A DNA stretch of 64,000 nucleotides from NCBI GenBank assembly GCA_039621445.1, contig CP154954.1, positions 12,084,716-12,148,715 of the forward strand, given 5' to 3'. Below are positions 36,401 to 64,000 of the stretch, in pieces (position 1 is the first letter of the stretch; the number at the start of each line of letters is the position of its first letter). Source of the DNA: Euglena gracilis (Eukaryota). Under the pieces are notes generated by a model. The model saw nothing but the letters and a program-made list of their open reading frames with translations. It did not search any database and was not told the origin of the DNA. Made by a program: the position numbers and the translations under genes.

Positions 36401-39400
36401 CCCCCACCTTTTCCCAAACGTGGGGTGTGGTGGGCGGAGATTTATTGAGATTTGATTTATTGGGATGGATTTATTGACCCTCCCCCGGATTTTGCCCCAT
36501 TCCCGGGCTGGAAGGTTGGGACAAGATCGGGGGGGGGGGGTGGAGCACCGTTGGCCTCGCCTTTCTTTGAAATTCTCGTTGCAGGCCAAAGTGGATGGGA
36601 CATCGATGGATAGGGCTGCAGAGGCGACTGGCCTGAGCTGTTTGGTATTACCCCAGGAACTTTTTTTTCATTTGCGTGCTTGTATGGCCGTATCTCTCAA
36701 ACATCACACGAATTGGCCGTTTTTGAATAAATGCGACATTTTTTTTTTGCATTGTGCGTTTTACAGTCCACCCCATACTGCACGTTGTATTCAGTTTTCA
36801 TTTTCCTCCTGTTTCATTCAACTCATGTATTTGTTTTTGTATACCAGAAATCAAGGTGGGAAATCAGAGAAATGACAGGTGGGAACAGAGGGGAACCTGT
36901 CAGCGAAGGCAAAAATAGTCTGGATTGAAAGTGGTGGTATTGGGGAGTGGTCGCTGAGATTTCCGATGTTCATGACGGAACGCCCCCTTTCCCCCTCTCT
37001 GAGCCCTGCGGGGGACCATTCGCGAGGCCCAGGGCATGCTGCGGGTCGCCGGCTGGGTGCAGCGCAGCACCCAGGCCTCCCGCCAGACGGACTACGCCGG
37101 CATGCACGAGGGTATGGGGCGATGCCTTCCATTTGCACCCCTTCCTCGTGGCTTATCCCATCCCCCTCCTCAACTCTTCTTGTTCGAGAGAGAAAGCATT
37201 GGCTGTATTTTTTTTGTATTTTTGGGGGTTTTCACCTCAAAAATTTAGCTGAAAAATGCATCCCAGCTGATTTTGGCGGTTCAGCTGGTTTTTTTTTGGG
37301 TCCCAGCCGGGTCCACCCCGGAAGCTGGGACCTCCAGGGGTGGAGGGTCCCAGCAAGCGTCCAGCCAGCACCTTTTTTCCAGATAGCACCTTTTTCCAGC
37401 CGGCCGGCTGGAACCCGGGGGAGGGGTCAGGGCTGAATGGGAATCGGCCGGACAGCCAGGGTGGTGGGTGGGGATCGACCCCCACCACCTCTTCCCGTTC
37501 CCAATTTTTTTTGCGGCGCCTTCCGCACCGGGTGTATTTTGCACCCATTTTGGGACCCATGTAGGAAGTCCCCCCAAAGACCCCCAAAACCCCATTTTCT
37601 CACATTTTCAAAAATTTCAACATTTTCTTAAAAATTTTATTTTGAGAGGTTTTTGAGGCAAAAAATTCTATTGAAAATCCAAAAAAATCCAAGAGAAAAA
37701 CTGTCACTAGAATTTGACTGTGCCAAAATTTGGTCCAATTTTTTTTGACCTTCGTTTTTTTTCACCCCCCCTACCAATTTTTAAACCTGAATTTTTGATT
37801 TTTTTTTGTGAAAAGAATTTGTTTTCCATCAAAAAATCATTTATTTTTTATTCATCATTTCTCAAAAAAATTCTCAAAAAATTTCCCCGGCCAAATTCCT
37901 TGTTTTCCCAAAAATGGTGAAAATGCTGTGGTGGGTGGGGGGGTCAACCCCCACCTCCTGGGGGGGGGGGTCGACCCCCCACCAGGCCTTCCTGTTCTGC
38001 CCTGGGGGGTCCTTAAGATATTCCCTGTTTCCGATCCCTGTTTTCTCCAGAGAATATGGATTCCTGTGGCAAGTTATGAAGAAGACTTGAAGAATATCTG
38101 ATTGTGCTGTTTTTTTTCCCTTCTTGGTTTCAGAAGAGTCACTAATACAATAGAATTTCATGTAAAATTAAAAATCCGGGCAAAATGTATGCATTATGTT
38201 GTAAAACATATGTTTTACATGTTGCGTGTGTTACATTTATTACGCACATTATATATGTCCACCCCTGTTTGTGTGTCCGTCGACACGCTTTTCATCAGTG
38301 GTTAGGGGCACTCACATTGACCCGGAAGTCATAGGAAGGCCTGGTATTTTATATACAACATGGCAGCATGTATATGATATTGTATATATAATATTACAAT
38401 ATACAATATGGAAGCAAGATTCTTGACGTTCCCCGGGGGGGGGGGGAGGGGCATTTACAATCTCCAGGGGGGGTATGGCGACACCCGGGTCCGACTTCGA
38501 GGGAAAGTTGGGGTTATTGTTTGGAGATAGGGTTAGGGTTCGGACCGGTGCCCCGTTTTCAGAATTTTCAGAGAAGTCCCCGTTCTGGTGCAGTTAGGCA
38601 GAATTTGGGCTGAATTTCGGTAACATTCCAATGAAAATGCGACGCAAACGTCTTCCGAAACAGGGACCTAGCTTCCAGCCTGACTTTTTTCCCTAAACAG
38701 GACCCATTTTTGGCGCGCCGATCTGAACTGACCGAGCCTGACCATGTTCCTAAAAATAAGTGCCCATCCTCCGGAAATCCGATGGATTTCGCCCGGATCC
38801 GGCACAGTTGGGGCTGCAGTGGGGGCAGGGCAGAACGGGAATCGGCCAAACAAGCAGGGTGGTGGATAGGGGGGGGGGTCGACCCCACCACATCCTCCCG
38901 TATTTCCGGAAGCACCAATTTTCGACCCCCAAAATTTTTGTTAAAAATGTCTGTGTCTGCCCTGGTTGGGGGTGGAATCGACTGAAAGATCCGGAACGTC
39001 GGACCTGGGTGCCGCCATACTCCCTCCCCCCTGGTGACCCAGGCCCGCGGGGGGTGTTAAGAACCTTGCTGCCAAACAAAAATAATATATATATATATAT
39101 AATATATGTACATGTATGTACCATACATTATATTAAAGAATTATTAATATGTAGTGTTAGTTGTGTAATGTGTAAGATATAATACATAATATATAATCTA
39201 ATGTATACTGTACAGTGCATGTATGTTTAGTGCATACTTTTTATGATAATACACAATTTACAACATTATAGTACTATAATATCATAATAATGTGATAATA
39301 ACGGAATATTATAATATTATAAATATGTCACATAATATGTAGAAATAATGTATATATCTTAATTTTATTATTTAATAACAAATGCGGTGCAAAAAAACGA

Positions 39401-39599
39401 ACTTCCATTCTCCCTCACAGCCATTCGCACCAAGGTGGTCCGCGACATGAACCACCTCTACGTCCAGAACCCAGGGGTCTGGAATATCGTGGACCAAGGG
39501 GCGGCCACAGAAGTACGCTCCCAGTCTCCCATGGAACGTAGCGAGTGGAACAGAAGCAATCCCTCCATTCCCAGCACTGAACCGGAAAGGTTGGTATAA
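30410..39599 (+). CDS. Probable mitochondrial ribosomal small-subunit protein mS23 (MRPS23/Rsm25 family); exons 30410-30443, 32787-32856, 34322-34424, 34843-34906, 35557-35693, 36585-36607, 37014-37111, 39421-39599
   Basis: Complete in-frame model: MPLTPAVPAKPWSQWENYRKLKKLVATGSYRPPEWYYAMRVSPPPPRSYKDP...QLMKEHPHLHTMGSSIFNNFWMEKPVERLVRQYEVLRSEGLSAQEAYAKV...STEPERLV*. The P.WY....PP, HP and E..V.....L...G.S...AY pattern resembles mS23 as I recall it; no search was run. It has five GT-AG and two non-conventional introns. Confidence 0.65.
30485..32584. mobile_element. Nested hAT-like element
   Basis: TIR CAGGGTTGGATGGGAAGCC/GGCTTCCCATCCATCCCTG; perfect TSD CCCCCGGG. Confidence 0.88.
31280..32090. 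repeat. ~160-bp tandem repeat (about 5 units) inside the nested element; related sequence in reverse orientation at ~21500-22730
   Basis: The unit ...CCCGAAACGATGTTTTTGGGCCTCCCGGACCCGGAAAAACTG...CGACCCATTGACTTTGGGTCAAAA is repeated. Also, 30625-30800 is the reverse complement of ~22600-22775. Confidence 0.85.
33830..34062. repeat. ~230-bp near-perfect palindrome (foldback)
   Basis: The arms meet at ...AAAATTTCACAAAATTGTGAAATTTT... (~33945). Confidence 0.9.
37428..38004. mobile_element. MITE of the CAGGGC(A/T)GAA family within a GT-AG intron
   Basis: Ends CAGGGCTGAATGGGAA/TTCCTGTTCTGCCCTG; subterminal GGAATCGGCC...GGGTGGTGG...CGACCCC shared with 13753-14242. Confidence 0.75.
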
Positions 39600-41076
39600 C
39601 ACACAAACCGAAAGCAGTGGGTATGGGACGCCAATGATGGCAAAGCCCACCTAAAAAGCCCCTCCCCCCACTCACACAACAAACGTCCGGCTGCTGTTTT
39701 CGTCGCAGGCCCCTCCGGAAGCAGTGCCGGCCGCAACGAAAGCTTCGGCCGCCGTTTGAGCGGACCCTTCTGCTTTGGCCCGGCACCCCTCGCTGTCCAC
39801 CACAACAACGAAGCTTTCCCCCATCTGTTTGCCCCTCCGTGTGAGCAGGGCGATTGTGCCCCAGTCCTCAGGATTATTTTCTTGCGCCCGCTCAAATTGG
39901 ACCGTTAGATTGAAATCGGGCAAATTACACCCACAAAAATTACACCCACACAAATTACACACACACAAATTACGCACACACACACACACATAACACACAC
40001 ACACACACACACATATGTTGAGGCTTGAACCCATCCAGATCCTCACTGCTTTTGTTCGGAGGGAGAGATGTTGCTCTTTTTCGGAGGGGGAGAAAATGAA
40101 TGACAGAGGAAAGCACCTCATTTTCATTTTTTTTTAAATAATTTTAGGCGCCCTCTAACTATTGGCCCCCCGGGGGAGAGGGCCAAGCAGTTAGACGGAG
40201 GGGGGGGGCGGCCCATTTTCTTAAACACATACCAACACTAGGCCTTCCATCCTATGCATTTGTCCGGACATCTCTGGCGGGGAGCGCAAAACCACAGTCC
40301 GGAAACGCGCTGGGGGTCCGACTGCCCCAACATTTAACTACTGGGCCCCTCCCCCCCGGGGGGGGGCCCAGTAGTTAAACTACTTGGCCGCCTAATTTAT
40401 TCTAAATATTTATTATATTATAAACCCCACCCCCCACTTGGAACCCCCCCCACTTATATCCCCCCCCCCCCTCGGGCCGACCAACCAAACCGGATCCCAT
40501 AACCCCCCCCCCTGGGGAAAGAAAATGGAAACTGCCAGGGACGATTTTTTTCGCCACAAACCACCCAAAAAACTGATTTTTTGGCTTTTTTTTTTGAGAC
40601 CGACCATCGTCAAGAATGCCATTTTTGACCAAGTCTGCCGAAAATTGCCAATTTGGGGGGGTTTCGGGTCGTTTTGGGGGGTCGTATTTTCACCAACAAT
40701 TCCGGAGCCTATAACCTCCCCCCCCACTTATACCCCCCTCCCTTCGGCCGACCAACTAATCCGGATCCTAAACCCCGGGGGGTTTATAAGTGGGGTGTTA
40801 TATTATTTATTAGATAATTTTTTTATTATATATCTTTTTTATGTTTTTTAGCTTTTTTTTGTTTTTAATCTGTCGCACTTCCTTGAAAAATGCAGGATTG
40901 TGCACTCATTTTTGACCTTTTTGAAGAACGACCCCTGCTTGTGTTTGATTTGCACCACTTCGCAAGTGCAATTGCCGAATGGTTTGATCCATATGCTGGT
41001 TCAAATGGCCCAGAACTGCCTTTCCATGGTAATACCCTTTGTGTTGGTAATGAGTGATGTTCATCATGCTTTTCTG

Positions 41077-41114
<38 letters not shown>

Positions 41115-41204
41115 GAGTTCGTTTCTGTGTCGAGCCATTCCATTTCGAGGATGGGCAACGTGGAATTGTGGCTGTGCTTTCTGAGGACCGGCCTGCGCCA
41201 TTTC

Positions 41205-43794
41205 TAAGTCAGTTAGAAGTTGACTGTGCCGGTGTTTGCCTTATTGTGCTGCTCCCTGCTCTGCAGCCTCTGGGTTTTCTCAGACCCCCATGGTCATGCA
41301 TTCAACCGCGCTTCTTTTCTTTTTTTGCCCTCTGCTGCAGTGGTACTTGAAAGGGTTTCGGCCGCACACAAACAGTGCATTTGAGATGGCCCTCAGTTTT
41401 TGGCACCCCCACCCTCTGGGGGGTGGGTTCTGCCAGCCATCTTCCTATTTCTAGGCCTGGACTCCCTCCTCCATCGACGAGTTCATTTGCCTTCCGTTGC
41501 TGGACGGCAACATTTTTTTGTTTGTGGAAGTTCAAAAAATGGCCGAGAATCAGCAAAAAAAAATGGAAAATCCTGGCCAGAGTGAATTCTCGGTCAATTT
41601 TTTTCTTTTACGTAACTGGCATTTTTAAGTCATTTTCGAAGTGTTGAAGTTTCGGCACCTGGTTTGATCCCCAGTCGGGCCCAGTTCCAGCCAGGGAACC
41701 CTCATCGCGGGAGTCAGCCAGCAGCTTTTCCAGCAACCCAAATCTTCCAGCCTTTGATCTGGACCCCCCCCCCCGTGAAGGGTCGTCCAGCAATTTTGCA
41801 TTCCGGATCCCCTGGTCCGGAATGCAAAATTGAAAGCTTTGCACTTTTGGGTATTTGGGCTCCAAGGCAGTTGTAATTTGCAAGGTATTCTTAATATTCA
41901 ATCCCTAGGTAAACTGTCATGCCCAAAAACCTGTCAGGGTCCTCCCCGGGAAACTGTCAGGGTCCCCGGTACCGGCCGACCTGTCAGGTAACAGTTTTCC
42001 TGGGGGGACAGTCCCAAGGTGTCTAAAACCTGCCAGGATAGATTGGAAATGGTTCAATTTTGGGCTTTCAGTTCAATTTTGGGGTTTCAGGATTCAATTT
42101 CCACACAACTCATTAAACTCCCTTCCCCCCAGGAAACCTGACGGGGCCCATGCACTGGCAGTGCCTGAATAGCTTGGTGGGGGGGCAAGGCAAAAAAAGA
42201 TGGTTCCAGTGACCTGATACCCCCTTCTTTCGGCACAGGTTCTGAGCAGCACTACTGAAAGTACTACCCAAATTGCCTGGCAGGTGTGCAAGGTCCAAAA
42301 AGATGGTTCCGATAGTCTGGCACCCCCTGACAGGTTTTTTGGGAGGGCAATTGCTTAAGGGTTTGCAATAACCCTGGGGGGGAGGGGCTGGACTGACCCC
42401 CCCCCCCCCGAATAACCTGACTGGGTGCCAGGTTATTGGAATCAACTTTTGGCCCTGTCCCCCTGTCAGGTTATTTGGGCCCTTTTTTCAGCGTAAGGAA
42501 TTTTGCCTTAAAAGGCGGGCGCCAAGTCACTGGAGCCATCTTTTTTGCCCTTGCCCCTGCCAAGTAGGCCACTGCCAAGAACACGGGCCCCGCCAGGTTA
42601 TTTGAGGGCTGGTCCAATTTTGGCAACTGGAAATCTTAGTAGAAAATTTCTGGTGACTGGCACAAAACGTAGAAAAAAATTTTTGGACCCCAAAACTCAC
42701 CAAAAGTGCCCATTTTTAGCATTTCGGAGGTTTAAAAATAAAAATTAAAAAAATCAAAAAAATCAGCCCAAACCCCATTTAAAACCTCATTTTTCACCTC
42801 GGCCCGTAGCGCCAGAGGAATTTTTTTCCAGATGGGGGGACCCCTGTACCCCTCCAGGGGGGGGGGTCAAGGTAGTCACTTTTTCCCAGTCCAGCACCCC
42901 CCCATGGTTTTTGAGCAAGAGCCTGGAGGGGGGGTTATTCAGATTCATCGCAGTGGGGTAGCTCCGCTGGGAAGAAAGCACTGGGGGCCTACTGAACCTT
43001 TTTTGCTGACCCCAAAATTTTCTCCCCCCCCCTCAAAATGAAAGGCGGCCCCTCGGGGTGGCGCCATCACTCGGGGGCTCCAAACGGAAGCGGGCCTCCA
43101 ACTGCCAGGTACCTGCGCAGTCGGTCCACCCCGACCCTCCCGCCCCAACCGCCTCCGCAGCCCGCCCCGCTCTTCTTCCGCACGCCCCGCCTGGCTGCCT
43201 CGATGCGGGTTGCGTCACCAGCGGAGCGGCAAACTTTATGATTTGAACTAAAATTCGCAACAAAATACCACCAAAAAATGTATAAAATTGCTTCTGGCAG
43301 ATTCTTCCTGGATGCAAACGATGGTAAGTGGCTCAAAAACACATATTTTCTTGTGAAAATGAAAAGTTATGTCCCCTCGCCGCGCACCGTCGCCAACTTG
43401 CCGTTGCGGACCATTTTTCCTTGGCGATGGTCACATGTCAGCGGCACAAGACAGCGAAAAACGCAAGGAGCAGTCAAAACCAGCCACAGCCACAATGGCA
43501 ACTTTCAAAGGGGCTGTCCTGTGGGCACATGGAGTCCTTGGCTGCCCAGTAACCTTTTCTGGAGGTCTGTGCCGGTCTTGGACGCAGCACAGCTGCTGAA
43601 TGTGTAGGCTGCATTCGTTGGATTCCCCTGGCACGAAAAAGTTTCTCAAAAGAATTGCTGGATGTGAGCAATTGGGTTCCCTGGATGAGTCTGTACTGTG
43701 ATGGACCATGGTGGACGGGGGGAAACCATTCGGTGAACGGTGCGGTGCAGCGAGGGGAAGGAGCATGGGATTCAGCGGCGAACGTTGGCCCCAT
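41205..43794 (-). CDS. Possible multi-exon gene of unknown function, divergent from the kinesin
   Basis: Several coding-like minus-strand blocks, some ending in GT donors (LLADSRDEGSLAGTGPDWGSNQ|gt at ~41657-41730, ...CGCAG|GTACC at ~43112, ORF 43474-43794). Not assembled. Confidence 0.25.
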
Positions 43795-43807
43795 AGATTC
43801 ACTTACC

Positions 43808-43937
43808 TACCCCCCCCCCCCCCGGGAAACTGTCATCCCGAGAACCTGTCAGGGTCCCGCCCAGGAAACTATCAGGGTCCCCGGTACCGGCCAGCCTGTC
43901 AGGTGACAGTTTCCCGGGGGGGGGGGGGGCGGGTAGG
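43808..43937. mobile_element. TA-flanked MITE with GGGAAACTGTCA ends
   Basis: CCCGGGAAACTGTCA/TGACAGTTTCCCGGG; related sequence at ~41945-42007. Confidence 0.7.
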
Positions 43938-44202
43938 TAGTAACCCCGGGTCTGAACCCGGGAAAAAGCCCTGTGGTGGGTGGGGTCCAACCAACCACCC
44001 ACAGAACAACCACGCTGATTCGGACGAAAACGCCGGACAACAACCAGACAGACCCATAGTGAGTGTTTGCGAGAAAAAAAGGCCTGAAAGCCTCAGGGCG
44101 TTTGGGTTTGTGGCGATGAGCACACCCTCCTTCCCCCCACAGCGGCCAGGGGAACGCCCCCACCAAACCTCCCGGCCCCCGTCCCGCCCCGAATCGCCCG
44201 CC

Positions 44203-63839
<19,637 letters not shown>

Positions 63840-64000
63840 GTGGGCTGTGCCGCGACGTGTCAAAAGGGAGAAAGCAAAAAAACAGGAAAACAATGGGGTT
63901 GCCATCCTGTGTTTTTTTTGCTCAGTCAGACAACTGCAATAACTAGTGCGATCATTGTCTGTGCCGTCACACTGCTGTTTATTTTTTCTATGATAGTAAT

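Overview
This is eukaryotic nuclear DNA, almost certainly from a euglenid (Euglena-like). The evidence is TTAGGG repeats, short GC-rich exons, and a mix of GT/GC-AG introns and non-conventional introns whose ends base-pair (intron +4..+6 with -8..-6, usually CAG/CTG). Four + strand genes were rebuilt by hand: part of an IQ-motif protein (~1.2-6.3 kb), a four-TM claudin/amastin-like protein (13.7-17.7 kb), a probable mitoribosomal mS23 (30.4-39.6 kb) and a kinesin-7/CENP-E-like motor (44.2 kb to the window end). Non-coding space is packed with small, often nested inverted-repeat elements. The main observation is that several non-conventional introns are intact hAT-like non-autonomous transposons with CAG...CTG terminal inverted repeats (TIRs) and 8-bp target-site duplications (TSDs). 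The 3+5 nt outside the paired ends equal exactly one TSD copy, so splicing would restore the pre-insertion coding sequence. All splice models are inferred from reading-frame continuity, not transcripts.
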